NCBI GenBank assembly: GCA_965198235.1
Contig: OZ240248.1
Span: 2,048,001 to 2,112,000, forward strand
DNA: 64,000 nt
Reading direction: 5' to 3'
From: Candidatus Poribacteria bacterium
Lineage (GTDB): Bacteria; Poribacteria; WGA-4E; WGA-3G
The notes under the pieces are model-generated. The model worked only from the letters and a program-made list of their open reading frames with translations. It had not been told where the DNA came from and ran no database searches. Positions within the stretch are counted from its first letter, which is position 1; each line of letters begins with the position of its first letter. Of this stretch, positions 41,255-52,901 are shown piece after piece. The translations under genes and the position numbers were made by a program.

Positions 41255-43039
41255 TCAAAGGAATGTGCCACCCCGGGTCACTCGGACATTCTGTGTTTTC
41301 TCCTGTGTCGGTTCATTAATCAAGGCACGGATATTGACAATCTTTTCACCTTTCCTGCCCGAAATTTTTGCCCAATCGTCAGGATTTGTGGTATTCGGAA
41401 GATCCTCGTTTTCGTGGTATTCTTCCCGGATAGCTGCTGTGAGATCTTCCAGACACATCCCTTTGTCGGTTCCATCGGAGCCAATAAAACGTTTGATCGC
41501 CGTTTTCTTCGCACGTGAAACGATATTTTCGATCATTGCCCCACTGACAAAATCTTTAAAGAAGAGGGTTTCCCGCTCGCCGCGGGCGTAAGTCACCTCA
41601 ATGAACCGATTTTCATCCGTCGTTGCATACATTTCATTTGCAGCTTCTTCAATGAAGTACTTCGCGATAGCCTGAGTATTTCCCTCAAATTTCTGACAAA
41701 CGTTTTCAGAGAACGGAAGACCCGGAGTCAGATATATGCCGAAGATGTCCTTGGCACCCTCTAAATTGGGTCGGTCGATTCTGATTTTCACATCAAGCCT
41801 ACCGGGTCTTAAAACAGCAGGGTCAAGGAGATCTTGCCGGTTGCTTGCGCCAATGACAATGACATCTCGAAGGTTCTCAACGCCATCGATTTCGGAGAGG
41901 AACTGCGGCACAAGCGTTGATTCCATATCCGATGAGATTCCCATGCCTCTCGAGCGGAAGAGAGAGTCCATTTCATCGAAGAAGATGATAACAGGAAATC
42001 CTTCTCTCGATTTATCGCGCGCTTTTTGGAAGACTTCCCGGATTTTACGTTCAGTTTCACCAACATACTTATTTAGGAGTTCAGGTCCCTTGATGTTGAT
42101 GAAATAACCCCGAACCTCAGCTCTGCCGGTCTCTTTTCGGACACGTTCAGCGATGCTGCTCGCGACAGCTCGGGCTATGAGTGTCTTACCACAACCCGGC
42201 GGTCCATAGAGAAGGACTCCCTTGGGCGGCGAGAGATTGAATTCCTTGTACTCGTTTGGATAGAGATATGGCAACTCAATCGCATCGCGAATCGCTTCTA
42301 TCTGTGTATCAAGTCCACCGATGTCTGCGTAACCAATGTCCGGCACCTCTTCAAGTAGCAGATCTTCGATTTCCCGTTTCGGAAGTTTTTCCATGAGCAT
42401 ACTCGTCGTATGGTTGAGAAGGACGTGATCCCCAACTTTCAGCGTTTCCTCTTTGAGGGATTCGGCTATTCTGACAACCCGTTCTTCATCGGTACGGAGA
42501 CTCACGATGGCACGTTCGTCCGCAATGCGATCTTTGATTTTGACGATGTCCCCATGCTTTTCGGCAGTTTTAATATCAACGACGTTCATCCCGCTATTAA
42601 CAATAACCTCTTGTCCAACCGCAAGGTCTTTATCCCTGAGTGTCGGATCGAGATTGACACGCCATTTCCTGCCGCTGATGTCGATATCGACGGTGCCGTC
42701 TTCGTTTGAAGCGAGGAAGACTCCGTAATTATTGGGTGGTGCGCTAAGTTGGGCGACCTTTTCCTTGAGGATCTCCAGTTTCTCTTTCGCCTCTTGAAGC
42801 GTGCTCGTGAGTTTCTTATTGCGCCGATGTGCCGTCATCAACTCACGTTGCATTTCATAGAGTCGAGTTTCAAGGTCCTTGACATATACAGCACGTTGCT
42901 GTTGCCGCATGCTTTCAAGCTCGCCTTCGAGCATGTCAATGGTCCCTTGAAGTGTGCGAATTTGCTGTTGATACCAAACAGCATCGCAAGTCTCTTGTTC
43001 CTCAAAGGAATCCGTGGATTTTCCTCTTTTAATAGCCAT
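41255..43039 (-). CDS. arc: Proteasomal ATPase ARC/Mpa
   Basis: N-terminal coiled coil, LEEVPD, GPPGCGKT, IKGPELLNKYVGETER, FFDEMD, NEDLPNTTNPDDWAKISG; start may be 43087. Confidence 0.95.
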   Translation of the reverse strand: MAIKRGKSTDSFEEQETCDAVWYQQQIRTLQGTIDMLEGELESMRQQQRAVYVKDLETRLYEMQRELMTAHRRNKKLTSTLQEAKEKLEILKEKVAQLSAPPNNYGVFLASNEDGTVDIDISGRKWRVNLDPTLRDKDLAVGQEVIVNSGMNVVDIKTAEKHGDIVKIKDRIADERAIVSLRTDEERVVRIAESLKEETLKVGDHVLLNHTTSMLMEKLPKREIEDLLLEEVPDIGYADIGGLDTQIEAIRDAIELPYLYPNEYKEFNLSPPKGVLLYGPPGCGKTLIARAVASSIAERVRKETGRAEVRGYFINIKGPELLNKYVGETERKIREVFQKARDKSREGFPVIIFFDEMDSLFRSRGMGISSDMESTLVPQFLSEIDGVENLRDVIVIGASNRQDLLDPAVLRPGRLDVKIRIDRPNLEGAKDIFGIYLTPGLPFSENVCQKFEGNTQAIAKYFIEEAANEMYATTDENRFIEVTYARGERETLFFKDFVSGAMIENIVSRAKKTAIKRFIGSDGTDKGMCLEDLTAAIREEYHENEDLPNTTNPDDWAKISGRKGEKIVNIRALINEPTQEKTQNVRVTRGGTFL

Positions 43040-43154
43040 ACGTGAAGTTCTCACTTTCCAAAACGATTTTTCCAACCTCACCTGCAATGAGAATCAGGGA
43101 CGCGGATAATCGGATTCGGTCGAGTTCCAGATTCAAACCCAACACTTTTATTAG

Positions 43155-43183
43155 AGTATAGCATTTTGAAAAAATTGTGTCAA
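43155..43183 (-). promoter_or_regulatory. Sigma70 promoter for the Pup-proteasome operon
   Basis: TTGACA-17-TATACT with extended TG. Confidence 0.7.
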
Positions 43184-43247
43184 GAAAAAGTCTACCTTTT
43201 TCAGGACCATTTAGTTTTCGTTTTTTCTTTTGGTGTTTTTCACAGAT

Positions 43248-43413
43248 TAGGACTTACGCATTTCCTCTTAAAGTCCCCCTGATAAGGGGCGGGGAATGCC
43301 ATAAGGCATTCATACCGTTGATTCTTTAGGGGGTTAAATATAACGAAATACTCTCACTGGGAGGCATTTTCAGCAAAATATACCGTTTCTCTGTTCAATT
43401 TGCGTAAGTCCTG
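43248..43413. mobile_element. MITE, second copy
   Basis: Same TIRs and internal sequence as 32997-33203, with a single M2 unit; no clear target duplication. Confidence 0.8.
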
Positions 43414-43530
43414 ATATTTTTATCTGCATCATATTCAGAGGATCCTGTATAGAAAGGCACAAGTGCCCCGCTATACAAGCAATGTATCATAAATGGATGC
43501 AAAGCGGAAAACCCGCAAACATTTTTCGTA

Positions 43531-44592
43531 TTATTTCGCGACTTCAACTGTGTCGTGGATATCACTTTCGTCTTCAGGAATTGCACCAGCACCAGCATCT
43601 GGAGACACACTGAGTGTTTCCCGTATCTTCGCCTCGATTTCCGTGGTAATGTCTGGGTTCTCTTCCAGATATTTCTTGGCATTGTTTCTACCCTGGCCAA
43701 TACGTTCGCCGTTGTAGGCAAACCAAGAACCGCTTTTCTGGATAAACTCATGCTCAACAGCAATATCCAAGAGATTTCCTTCTTTAGAGATGCCTTTCCC
43801 GAAAGTAACGTCGTATTCTGCCTCTTTGAAAGGAGGTGCCACTTTATTTTTCACCACTTTGACGCGTACGCCGCTACCAAGAATTTCATTGCCATCTTTG
43901 ATCTGGCTGCCGCGGCGGAGTTCTAACCGGACGGAAGCATGGAACTTGAGAGCGAGTCCGCCGGGTGTTGTATCTGGATTCCCGAACATGATCCCGATTT
44001 TTTGCCGGATCTGGTTTGTAAAGATAACACAGGTTTGGGATTTGTTCGTGACACCCGACAACTTCCGTAGTGCTTTCGACATTAAACGCGGCAACAAACC
44101 GACGTGTGCATCACCCATTTCACCCTCAATTTCGGCTTGGGGGGTCAAAGCGGCTACTGAGTCAATGACTACCAAGTCAATCGCGCCGCTGCGGATGAGC
44201 GTTTCGACGATTTCTAACGCTTGTTCGCCCGCGTCGGGTTGCGCTATTAACAAATTTTCCATGTTGACCCCGATATTTCGGGCGTAGGTGGTATCAAGGG
44301 CGTGCTCAACGTCAATGAATACAGCCGTACCTCCTAACTTTTGTGCTTCGGCGACAACATGGAGTGCCAAGGTGGTTTTTCCAGTGCCTTCATGTCCAAA
44401 GATTTCGATGATTCTACCGCGCGGGAGACCGCCTACACCGAGAGCAAGGTCGAGCGCGAGAGAACCGGTAGGAATCGCTTCGACGGGCACAATTTCGTTG
44501 TCCGCCAAGCGCATGATAGCCCCTTTACCGAATTCACGCTCTACTTGTGAAATCGCTTGGTCAATGGCTTTCTGTTTCTGTTCATCTTTCAT
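43531..44592 (-). CDS. recA: Recombinase A
   Basis: [55 protein letters not shown]. Confidence 0.98.
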   Translation of the reverse strand: MKDEQKQKAIDQAISQVEREFGKGAIMRLADNEIVPVEAIPTGSLALDLALGVGGLPRGRIIEIFGHEGTGKTTLALHVVAEAQKLGGTAVFIDVEHALDTTYARNIGVNMENLLIAQPDAGEQALEIVETLIRSGAIDLVVIDSVAALTPQAEIEGEMGDAHVGLLPRLMSKALRKLSGVTNKSQTCVIFTNQIRQKIGIMFGNPDTTPGGLALKFHASVRLELRRGSQIKDGNEILGSGVRVKVVKNKVAPPFKEAEYDVTFGKGISKEGNLLDIAVEHEFIQKSGSWFAYNGERIGQGRNNAKKYLEENPDITTEIEAKIRETLSVSPDAGAGAIPEDESDIHDTVEVAK

Positions 44593-44652
44593 GTTTTAAC
44601 GTTCTCCTTACTATTGCACCTGCTATCAAAAATAGGTGCTTCGGGCATTGCA

Positions 44653-45234
44653 TTACGCCGAAAAATGACATAAGCTTAAAGGCGTATAGACTGCCCCATT
44701 TGGGTGAAGTTGGCTCTGCATGAGTACGATTTCGTTTACATGCATTGATCCACCATCAATTGTATCATATTTACGTAGAATATTCTTTAAAGGTTCAAGA
44801 TTCATTGCGGTTCTCAGCCGCGCGAGCGTAAGGTGTGGATGAAACCGATTATCTGTTGAGAAACCGAGAGGTGCCAATTCAAGGTTCACGGCTTTTGCGA
44901 GGCGTGACACGGTCGGCGCGCCCTGCTTTACACCCATCCAGATGACACGCGGACGAGCGAGATTGGGAAACGCACCGACACCGCCAAAGGCAATAGAAAA
45001 TGGCGGATGCGTATCTGTCACACGTTGAAGGGCTTCGCTCACGTCATTAATCGCTTCAGGACAGACATCGCCGAGGAACTTCAATGTCAGATGGAAATTT
45101 CCGGGCTTTGTCCACGAAGCCTTGTGAATCTGGGGCTGAAGGTGTGTTTGCACTGGCTTCAGCAATACCTGTATCGGTTCTGGGATCTCAACTGCTACGA
45201 AACAACGAATGACCGCGCCTTTGGCTGTGTCCAT
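44653..45234 (-). CDS. thpR: RNA 2',3'-cyclic phosphodiesterase (2H family)
   Basis: Two HxT motifs (FHLTLKFLG, PHLTLAR); upstream of recA. Confidence 0.92.
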   Translation of the reverse strand: MDTAKGAVIRCFVAVEIPEPIQVLLKPVQTHLQPQIHKASWTKPGNFHLTLKFLGDVCPEAINDVSEALQRVTDTHPPFSIAFGGVGAFPNLARPRVIWMGVKQGAPTVSRLAKAVNLELAPLGFSTDNRFHPHLTLARLRTAMNLEPLKNILRKYDTIDGGSMHVNEIVLMQSQLHPNGAVYTPLSLCHFSA

Positions 45235-45854
45235 TACGCACCTGCTTTTGGATCGTAACGGGTTGAATAAACCAGCGCAAATAAGGGTTTGCGATTGTTA
45301 ACGAGAAATTCCAGACCAGATCCGACTGTGAGTACTAACGGCACATACATCATGCAATAGATGGGACCTCGGCTTTGCACAATCAGTGCCGCGTTCAGGT
45401 TGTCTTGAAAGGCAAGTAAAGTTAACCCGACAATAATGACAATCAGTTGTGAGGTCATCTTGTATTTTCCCCACTGGTTTGCAGAGACAACCTGCCCGTA
45501 CTTTGCAATGAAAACAATTCGCAAGAGTGTAACGAGAACTTCGCGACCGATAATAACAAAAACCATCCATACCGGAATGAGCCCACTGTCAACGTGCGTA
45601 AATAAAACGAAACAGATTAGAGCGGCACCGATGAGTAGCTTGTCAGCGATCGGGTCCATGAATGTGCCGAAGCCAGTCACACCTTGCTTTCGGGCAATTT
45701 TACCATCAAAATGATCGGTCAGTGCTGCGACACCAAAAATAATGAGCGCAGCCCCCATCATATCCGCCTGAAAACAGTATATGAACGGGGGGATCAGGAA
45801 AAGCCGTAAAAGGGTTAGGAGATTTGCCAACCGCAAAAGGGTACCGAAATTCAT
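45234..45854 (-). CDS. pgsA: CDP-diacylglycerol--glycerol-3-phosphate 3-phosphatidyltransferase
   Basis: ANLLTLLR, TDHFDGKIAR...G.FMDPIADK, RE, GK.K. Confidence 0.9.
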   Translation of the reverse strand: MNFGTLLRLANLLTLLRLFLIPPFIYCFQADMMGAALIIFGVAALTDHFDGKIARKQGVTGFGTFMDPIADKLLIGAALICFVLFTHVDSGLIPVWMVFVIIGREVLVTLLRIVFIAKYGQVVSANQWGKYKMTSQLIVIIVGLTLLAFQDNLNAALIVQSRGPIYCMMYVPLVLTVGSGLEFLVNNRKPLFALVYSTRYDPKAGA

Positions 45855-45903
45855 AATGTGTTCTCGAAAGCATAGAAATTATCTCGTAATTAGAGATGCA
45901 TTC

Positions 45904-46641
45904 CTAATTTTCGGAGAGATCTATTACCTCGGCATCTTTGGGCACCACAAACTTGAAAAGATCCGGTGCGAGTTCCTTATCTCGTTCAATCTGTGTAAGC
46001 GTAACAATCACACTTTGACGCGTACCGTCTTCAAACTCGGTTGTGTAGCCAAATTGCACAGGAAGCCACTCACCGGATTTCACCCAGATTTGAAGTGTTT
46101 CCTTTGCGTTCGTGCTCACCATGTGAATTTTAGGGGTCAACTCAATTTGATGTACACCTTTTGGATTCGCAAATTCGTCAGGAATAAGAGCCATATCGTA
46201 GTTTTTCTCGACATCTTCAAGGGAGGCACCAATACCCGGCAACAGTTCCCGACGTTCTGGATTCGTCCACTTCATCTTATTGACTTGATTGAGTATGGGT
46301 GTATATGTCCAGCCGTATTCGCCGTCTAAAACAGTGAGTTGGACGACCTTTGACGCATCTTTCCTGTCGACATACTCCTTACGGAGCATATTCGGTTTTC
46401 CGAATATAAACCGTCCACGAGCGACACTTTTTTTATTCGCGAACAGCGTCGTCTCCTCAAAGTTTGCACTGAAATTATTAGATTTCTCGTACGCCGTTTT
46501 GAAATTCTGAAAAATTTCATCAACAGTTTGTGGATGTGCCTTGTTAGCAAATAGCACTGAGAGGAACATCACTATTAACAGTAAATTTTGAAGTCGCGCG
46601 AACTTTCCCGATATAGTGATCCAAGGGGTTCGTCGGATCAT
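45904..46641 (-). CDS. Outer-membrane lipoprotein carrier LolA-like protein
   Basis: Signal peptide, FSANF, G.F...KP..LR.EY, DG...W.Y.P..NQV, F.F..P..AEVID. Confidence 0.8.
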   Translation of the reverse strand: MIRRTPWITISGKFARLQNLLLIVMFLSVLFANKAHPQTVDEIFQNFKTAYEKSNNFSANFEETTLFANKKSVARGRFIFGKPNMLRKEYVDRKDASKVVQLTVLDGEYGWTYTPILNQVNKMKWTNPERRELLPGIGASLEDVEKNYDMALIPDEFANPKGVHQIELTPKIHMVSTNAKETLQIWVKSGEWLPVQFGYTTEFEDGTRQSVIVTLTQIERDKELAPDLFKFVVPKDAEVIDLSEN

Positions 46642-46695
46642 TATTCTCTCCTATTTTGCCAAATTACCGTTTGGAAAACTGATTGCTACTTCAAT

Positions 46696-46725
46696 ATTAT
46701 AGCATAATTTATTTGCGGCTGTCAA
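46696..46725 (-). promoter_or_regulatory. Sigma70 promoter for lolA-pgsA-thpR-recA
   Basis: TTGACA-18-TATAAT; an inverted repeat tcaacat-N5-atgttga overlaps the -35 box. Confidence 0.65.
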
Positions 46726-46847
46726 CATTATTTATGTTGAAAATAGGCTATTTGGTTGTGAGTTATCAGAATCAGGATTTTCAGGCTTCTTCGATCTTTT
46801 CAGGATAATTATGGTAGATTTTACAATTACCCATACAGTAGAAAGGA

Positions 46848-46892
46848 GCAAGATTCCTTGTGGAAACACCCTGGCAAAAACACCTCGCCAAC
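46848..46892 (+). repeat. Degenerate M1-filled palindrome
   Basis: gcaagattccttgtggaaacaccctggcaaaaacacctcgcca. Confidence 0.55.
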
Positions 46893-47006
46893 GGTGAGAA
46901 GGGGATAGGATGGTAGTCAGCTATCAGTAGAATGTGCTCTGTACTGAACACTAACAGTTGGTGATTTCCGATGATCCATTGATGTAGTGCCAATTATACA
47001 CCACTC

Positions 47007-47387
47007 TCAATTCGCTAAGCGCGTCCAATCCGTCAGGATAACCTCGATATCATCAGAGTCGTCCAAAGCGCACGTGACAAGACGCTCTAAGACTTCGGCG
47101 ACGAGTGGTTCTCGGAATATCGCCTGAAACCAATTGCCAAACGATTTAATCGCATCCGGGGATTCAGCGCACACCCAGAAAGCAACCCGACAGAAGTCGA
47201 GTCCTTCGTCTACCCATTTCTCAGAGATCCAGACATCTTGTGGGAAACCGTGAAAGATTGGCAAGAGATCCGCTATTAAGACGGGTAGTTCTTCATTGAG
47301 ATAGGAAATCTCTGGAAGTATGTCAAAATGGACAGCGTATTTATGGGCATGAGAGGAGCGTTCGCGTTCTTCGTTTTGTGTTTGCAT
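47007..47387 (-). CDS. Hypothetical protein
   Basis: 126-aa ORF with protein-like composition filling the gap; no recognised motif. Confidence 0.55.
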   Translation of the reverse strand: MQTQNEERERSSHAHKYAVHFDILPEISYLNEELPVLIADLLPIFHGFPQDVWISEKWVDEGLDFCRVAFWVCAESPDAIKSFGNWFQAIFREPLVAEVLERLVTCALDDSDDIEVILTDWTRLAN

Positions 47388-47636
47388 AAGTGGTTTCGTA
47401 GACTTTAAATGGACAAAATGATTTTCTGTATGGTATATTATAACACATGACGTATTGATATGCGCTCAAGACTTGAAGACTTGCGGAAGCGTCTATCATA
47501 AAGGGGACGTAATACCATTTCTGGTTAATATATCTCCTAATTGTAGCATAGGAAACCGTTAGCCTGTGCCGTATCGCGCCACATTGCATAAAACCGGTAA
47601 TGAAACATGAATTTTTAGAAATGGTATAATATATCT

Positions 47637-50600
47637 ATGGCAGACACTGAACAAATAACATATCTTAAAAATGAACTGGAGAAACGGATTCTGATCCTCG
47701 ATGGTGCGATGGGATCCCTATTGCAGACCTATCGACTCACGGAAGCGGATTTTCGAGGTGAACAGTTTGCCGATCATCCGTGTGAACTCAAAGGCTACAA
47801 CGATCTGCTCTCCATAACACAACCACATATTGTAAAAGAAATACACGCAAATTACTGCAGTGCTGGCGCGGATATCATCGAAACGAATACCTTTACCAGT
47901 ACGTCTGTGTCGATGGCAGACTACCAACTCCAAGACATCGCATATCAGGTAAACTATGCGGCTGCGCGCATCGCACGCGAGGTGGCGGATAAATGGACAT
48001 CACCCGACAAACCGCGCTTCGTCGCGGGGAGTATGGGACCTACCAACCGCAGCTGCTCGATTTCGCCGAATGTGAACGACCCAGGCTATCGGAACATTAC
48101 CTTTGCCCAACTCGTTTCTGCCTACACGACGCAAGCGGAAGGGTTAATTGACGGTGGTGCGGATCTCCTTCTCGTCGAAACCGTCATGGACACCCTTAAC
48201 TGTAAGGCGGCACTCTTTGCCATACAAACCCTCGCTGAAGCACGAGGTATTGACATTCCCCTTATCGTCTCCTCTGACAGGAGTGGCGGGGGCGGCAGAA
48301 ACCTCTCCGGACAAACAGTCGAAGCCTTCTGGAACTCGGTTCGGCATGCGAATCTGCTTGCTGCCGGATTGAACTGTGGCTTCGGGGCACAACAGATTCG
48401 TCCGTATCTCGCCGAAATGGCTAAAATAACGGATATACCCGTTATCTGTTATCCGAACGCTGGACTCCCCAATGAACTCGGTCAATATACCCAGACACCA
48501 GCCGAAATGGGAGAGTGGATGCACGAGTTCGCGCAAAACGGATTCGTCAATATCGTCGGCGGATGTTGTGGGAGTCAACCTGAACACATCGAAATGATTG
48601 CCAAAGTCGCTGCTGAATACCTACCGCGGCAACCAGTACCACAAAAACGTGCCTGCCGTCTAAGTGGCTTAGAGGCGTTTAACATCACGCCGGATTCTCT
48701 CTTTGTTAACGTTGGCGAACGGACAAACGTAACAGGATCCCGCCGATTCGCAACGCTCATTAAAAACGAGGATTATGAGACCGCTTTAGAGGTTGCCAGA
48801 GATCAAGTCGAAAACGGTGCACAACTTATTGACATTAATATGGACGCAGGCATGTTAGATGCCAAAACCGCGATCGTCAAGTTTCTCAATCTCATCGCGG
48901 CGGAACCCGACATTAGTCGCGTGCCCATTATGCTGGATTCCAGTCGATGGGAGGTTATAGAAGCAGGCTTGGCGTGCGTTCAGGGAAAAGGAGTCGTTAA
49001 CTCAATCAGTTTGAAAGAGGGCAAGGAAGATTTCTTAGCGAAAGCACGGTTGATTCGACAGTACGGTGCCGCAGTTATCGTCATGGCGTTTGACGAAGAG
49101 GGGCAGGCGGATACCTACCAACGGAAAGTGGAGATCTGTCGTCGGGCGTATCAACTCTTGACGAAACAGGTCGGGTTCCCACCGGAGGACATCATTTTCG
49201 ATCCGAATATCTTCGCTGTCGCGACCGGTATTGAGGAACACAACGAATACGCGAAGGCGTTTATTAAGGCGTGTACGCAGATTAAAGCCATGTGTCCGCA
49301 TGCCTTAGTGAGCGGGGGTGTTAGCAATATCTCCTTTGCTTTCCGCGGCAACGATAGGGTGCGCGAGGCGATGCACGCCGCGTTTCTCTACCACGCCATC
49401 AATGCTGGTATGGACATGGGCATTGTCAACGCTGGACAACTCGCGGTTTATGACGATCTGCCGAAACCGCTCTTAGAAGCCGTGGAGGATGTCCTGTTCA
49501 ATCGCCGAGAAGATGCAACCGACCGACTCGTTAATCTCGCGGATACGCTGAAAGGTCCGGGGAAAAAGAAGCGTGTAAATAGGGAGTGGCGGAAACTACC
49601 GGTTGAAGAGCGTCTACGGCACGCACTTGTCGAAGGGATTCTCGAATACATTGAAGCCGATACAGAGGAAGCACGGCTCAATTACGAACGTCCTATACAC
49701 GTAATCGAGGGACCTCTGATGGACGGTATGAACCGCGTGGGTGAACTCTTCGGAGATGGTAAGATGTTCCTGCCGCAAGTCGTCAAAAGCGCGCGGGTCA
49801 TGAAAAAGGCGGTTGCGCACCTCACCCCCTATATTGAAAAGGAGCAGGCGGAAGGTGCCCTCCAATCCAGGGGCAGGATTGTGATGGCAACGGTGAAGGG
49901 TGATGTTCACGACATCGGTAAGAATATCGTGGGTGTTGTGCTTGGGTGCAACAATTACGAAGTCATTGATCTCGGTGTGATGGTGCCTGCCGAAGACATT
50001 CTGGAAACCGCACGGAAAGAGAACGCCGATATTATCGGATTGAGTGGACTCATCACACCATCGTTGGATGAGATGGTGCACGTCGCTGAGGAGATGGAAC
50101 GTGAAGGCTTCCGCACCCCACTTCTCATCGGTGGTGCGACGACTTCAAAGGTGCATACCGCCGTTCAAATTGAACCCGCTTATAGTGGTTCAACAATTCA
50201 CGTCAGGGATGCCTCTCGAAGTGTTGGCGTTGTCAGCGATCTGATGAGTGATGAAAGACAACAGACCTTTACCGAGCAGACCCGTGAGGAATACGCTGAG
50301 ATCCGCGAACGTCGAGCGAAGAATCGGCAACGGGCGAACCTATTATCATTTGCTGTCGCACAGGAGCGGAGATCCACACTGGATTGGCGAAATTACCAAC
50401 CCTCCATGCCGGACATGATAGGCACCAGAGTCTTTGAAGACTATCCGTTAGCGGAACTCGTTGACTATATCGACTGGAGTCCTTTCTTCACGACTTGGGG
50501 ACTCCGCGGTAAATATCCGAATATACTGGGGAACCCAGAAGTCGGCGAGGAAGCGCGTAAACTCCTTAAGGATGCTGAAACGCTCCTTCGTATTATCGTT

Positions 50601-51311
50601 GAAGAGAAAAAATTTCAGGCACGCGCTGTCGTCGGGCTTTTCCCTGCCAACGGTGTTGGTGAAGATACTGAAATTTACGCCGACGAAACGCGGGCAGAAG
50701 TGATCGCCACCTTGCACCACCTACGTCAACAGACGGAACAACCGTTTACCAGACCGAACCTCAGCCTCGGTGATTTCATCGCTCCGAAAACAACAGGGGT
50801 CCCGGATTATATCGGGGCATTTGCTGTGACAACGGGTATCGGTGTCTCCGAATTCTGTGCTGAGTTTGAGCAGAAACAGGACGATTACAACAGCATTATG
50901 GCAAAGGCGTTAGCAGACCGACTGGCGGAAGCTTTCGCGGAGCGGATGCATCAGCACGTCCGCGCGGCACTTTGGGGTTATACTGTTGATGAGACGTTGG
51001 ATACTGAAGCCCTGATTGCCGAAAAATATCGCGGGATTCGTCCAGCACCGGGATACCCCGCATGTCCCGATCATAACCAGAAACGGGTGTTGTTTGAACT
51101 CCTGAGTGTTACAGAGAACACGGGTATCTCTCTCACCGAGAGTCTGGCGATGTCCCCAGCGGCATCTGTGAGTGGATGGTATTATTCACATCCAGAGGCA
51201 CGGTATTTCAGCATCAGTAGAATCGGGGAGGACCAGGTCTCGGATTACGCGGAACGTACCGGTATGGACATCGAAACGGCGAGGCGTTGGCTGAAGCCCT
51301 TGCTTACATAA
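47637..51311 (+). CDS. metH: Cobalamin-dependent methionine synthase
   Basis: [47 protein letters not shown]. Confidence 0.98.
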   Translation: MADTEQITYLKNELEKRILILDGAMGSLLQTYRLTEADFRGEQFADHPCELKGYNDLLSITQPHIVKEIHANYCSAGADIIETNTFTSTSVSMADYQLQDIAYQVNYAAARIAREVADKWTSPDKPRFVAGSMGPTNRSCSISPNVNDPGYRNITFAQLVSAYTTQAEGLIDGGADLLLVETVMDTLNCKAALFAIQTLAEARGIDIPLIVSSDRSGGGGRNLSGQTVEAFWNSVRHANLLAAGLNCGFGAQQIRPYLAEMAKITDIPVICYPNAGLPNELGQYTQTPAEMGEWMHEFAQNGFVNIVGGCCGSQPEHIEMIAKVAAEYLPRQPVPQKRACRLSGLEAFNITPDSLFVNVGERTNVTGSRRFATLIKNEDYETALEVARDQVENGAQLIDINMDAGMLDAKTAIVKFLNLIAAEPDISRVPIMLDSSRWEVIEAGLACVQGKGVVNSISLKEGKEDFLAKARLIRQYGAAVIVMAFDEEGQADTYQRKVEICRRAYQLLTKQVGFPPEDIIFDPNIFAVATGIEEHNEYAKAFIKACTQIKAMCPHALVSGGVSNISFAFRGNDRVREAMHAAFLYHAINAGMDMGIVNAGQLAVYDDLPKPLLEAVEDVLFNRREDATDRLVNLADTLKGPGKKKRVNREWRKLPVEERLRHALVEGILEYIEADTEEARLNYERPIHVIEGPLMDGMNRVGELFGDGKMFLPQVVKSARVMKKAVAHLTPYIEKEQAEGALQSRGRIVMATVKGDVHDIGKNIVGVVLGCNNYEVIDLGVMVPAEDILETARKENADIIGLSGLITPSLDEMVHVAEEMEREGFRTPLLIGGATTSKVHTAVQIEPAYSGSTIHVRDASRSVGVVSDLMSDERQQTFTEQTREEYAEIRERRAKNRQRANLLSFAVAQERRSTLDWRNYQPSMPDMIGTRVFEDYPLAELVDYIDWSPFFTTWGLRGKYPNILGNPEVGEEARKLLKDAETLLRIIVEEKKFQARAVVGLFPANGVGEDTEIYADETRAEVIATLHHLRQQTEQPFTRPNLSLGDFIAPKTTGVPDYIGAFAVTTGIGVSEFCAEFEQKQDDYNSIMAKALADRLAEAFAERMHQHVRAALWGYTVDETLDTEALIAEKYRGIRPAPGYPACPDHNQKRVLFELLSVTENTGISLTESLAMSPAASVSGWYYSHPEARYFSISRIGEDQVSDYAERTGMDIETARRWLKPLLT

Positions 51312-51604
51312 AGCCGCCGCAATCCCAAACGGAATGGGCGCGCTGACACCGGTGATTACAACCTTCACTGCATCCTTCCCTCCAATTTCAAAATGGATGA
51401 CTGGATTGCCTATTGTAATTTGCGCCTTTCTCTAAATTAGATTTATTATGTAAAGTAATTATATAATAAGTTTCGCCAAGTGGCAAATTAAATTTTCTAC
51501 ATTTTTGGATTTTGCTTGATCTTCAAGAAAAGTTTCATTATAATTGAGGTAAGGAGCTGAAAAGAACTTTTTGAAAAAATAGCCTGATACCTAAAGGAAA
51601 AGAC

Positions 51605-52495
51605 ATGCAAACATCTCACAAATATCTGGATCCGGTCGCACTTTCTCGAATTGGGGGCATGGAGCTTGTCGCAAGACTCGTCGTTGAGGGGTTCGTCACT
51701 GGGTTGCACAAAAGTCCGTACCAAGGGTTCAGCGTAGAATTCGCGGAGCACCGACAGTATATGCCCGGCGATGAAATTCGCTATATCGACTGGAAAGTCT
51801 ACGGGAAATCCGATCGGTATTACGTCAAAAAGTTTGAAGAGGAGACGAACCTGCGCGCTTATGTCCTCCTCGATACGAGTGCGTCGATGGGCTATAAACA
51901 CGCAGAGGAGGGATTGACGAAGTTTGAATATGGCTGTTATCTCGCGGCGACGCTTACCTACCTCATGCTGAAGCAGCGCGATTCTGTCGGTTTAGCACTC
52001 TTCGACACGGATATTACACAATACATTCCACCGAGGGGAGCCGCAACGCATCTGCGAGCGATTATGTCCGCTTTGGAGAGTGCTACCCCCGGTCAGGAGA
52101 CCGAGTTGAGCAGTCTCTTCCACGAACTCGCCAAACGGATTGTGAGACGCGGTTTAGTTATTGTCATCTCTGATCTACTTGACGAACCCTCGGAGGTCAT
52201 CTCTGCCCTGAAGCACCTCCGTCATCAGAAACATGAAGTCATCGTTTTCCACCTGCTCGATCCTGCCGAACTTACCTTCCCGTATACCGGTTCTGTCGTC
52301 TTTCGGGACATGGAAACCGGACAGACGCTTTCAACGCAGGCGGACACACTGAAAGCGGATTATCTTAAAAACTTGAACCAGTTCATCCAGAGCTACCGTC
52401 GCGGGTGTGGTGCGAGCCAGATCGATTACGTTCAAATGGACACCGCCACGCCGTTTGACTATGCGCTGTCTGAATACTTGTCCCGCCGAAAATAG
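51605..52495 (+). CDS. DUF58 (MoxR-associated vWA-like) protein
   Basis: GLHKSP..GFSVEFAEHRQYMPGDEIRYIDWK, LLDTSASM, VISD. Confidence 0.9.
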   Translation: MQTSHKYLDPVALSRIGGMELVARLVVEGFVTGLHKSPYQGFSVEFAEHRQYMPGDEIRYIDWKVYGKSDRYYVKKFEEETNLRAYVLLDTSASMGYKHAEEGLTKFEYGCYLAATLTYLMLKQRDSVGLALFDTDITQYIPPRGAATHLRAIMSALESATPGQETELSSLFHELAKRIVRRGLVIVISDLLDEPSEVISALKHLRHQKHEVIVFHLLDPAELTFPYTGSVVFRDMETGQTLSTQADTLKADYLKNLNQFIQSYRRGCGASQIDYVQMDTATPFDYALSEYLSRRK

Positions 52496-52551
52496 ACCTC
52501 GCGCCCATAACGCTTATGCATCAGTCTTGCCCTGCATTGGCGATAGCGTCT

Positions 52552-52780
52552 CTACTGAGATACAGAGATATGTTTGATGACAACAAGCGTTAAATCATCA
52601 TACTGTTCTGCCTCTTCAACAAATCTATTAACGTCTTCAACGATGTGTTGGATCACTTCCTCAGCGGTGCATTCGTTTGGCATTTGGGAAGCCAATTCTA
52701 TTAAACGTTCAGTACCGTACATCTCTTCGTCAGCGTTGAGGGCTTCAATTAGACCGTCAGAATGGAAGATAACAGATTTG
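52552..52780 (-). pseudogene. C-terminal fragment of a SpoIIE/PP2C phosphatase
   Basis: FHSDGLIEA...YG.ERL...QYDDLTLVV with no N-terminal part. Confidence 0.7.
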
Positions 52781-52901
52781 AGAAACAAAGTCAAGAAGAA
52801 TCAAACGCATTGACCCCTTAAACGAACTATGATAGAATGGAAAACATCAACAACGCAGGCAGGCGAACATAGGGCAATCAAGCGTGAGAAAGGAGCAAAC
52901 G

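Noticed and set aside
46700-46745. dif site
   Set aside because: The GCATAA and TTATGTTGA half-sites are not separated by 6 bp; better explained as a promoter plus a small inverted repeat
47438-47518. 26-aa minus-strand ORF MVLRPLYDR..., resembling the GroES N-terminus
   Set aside because: Similarity is limited to about 7 residues and the RBS spacing is long; probably chance
47390-47636. Cobalamin or SAM riboswitch upstream of metH
   Set aside because: No recognisable conserved boxes; a TATAAT lies immediately before the ATG, suggesting a leaderless transcript
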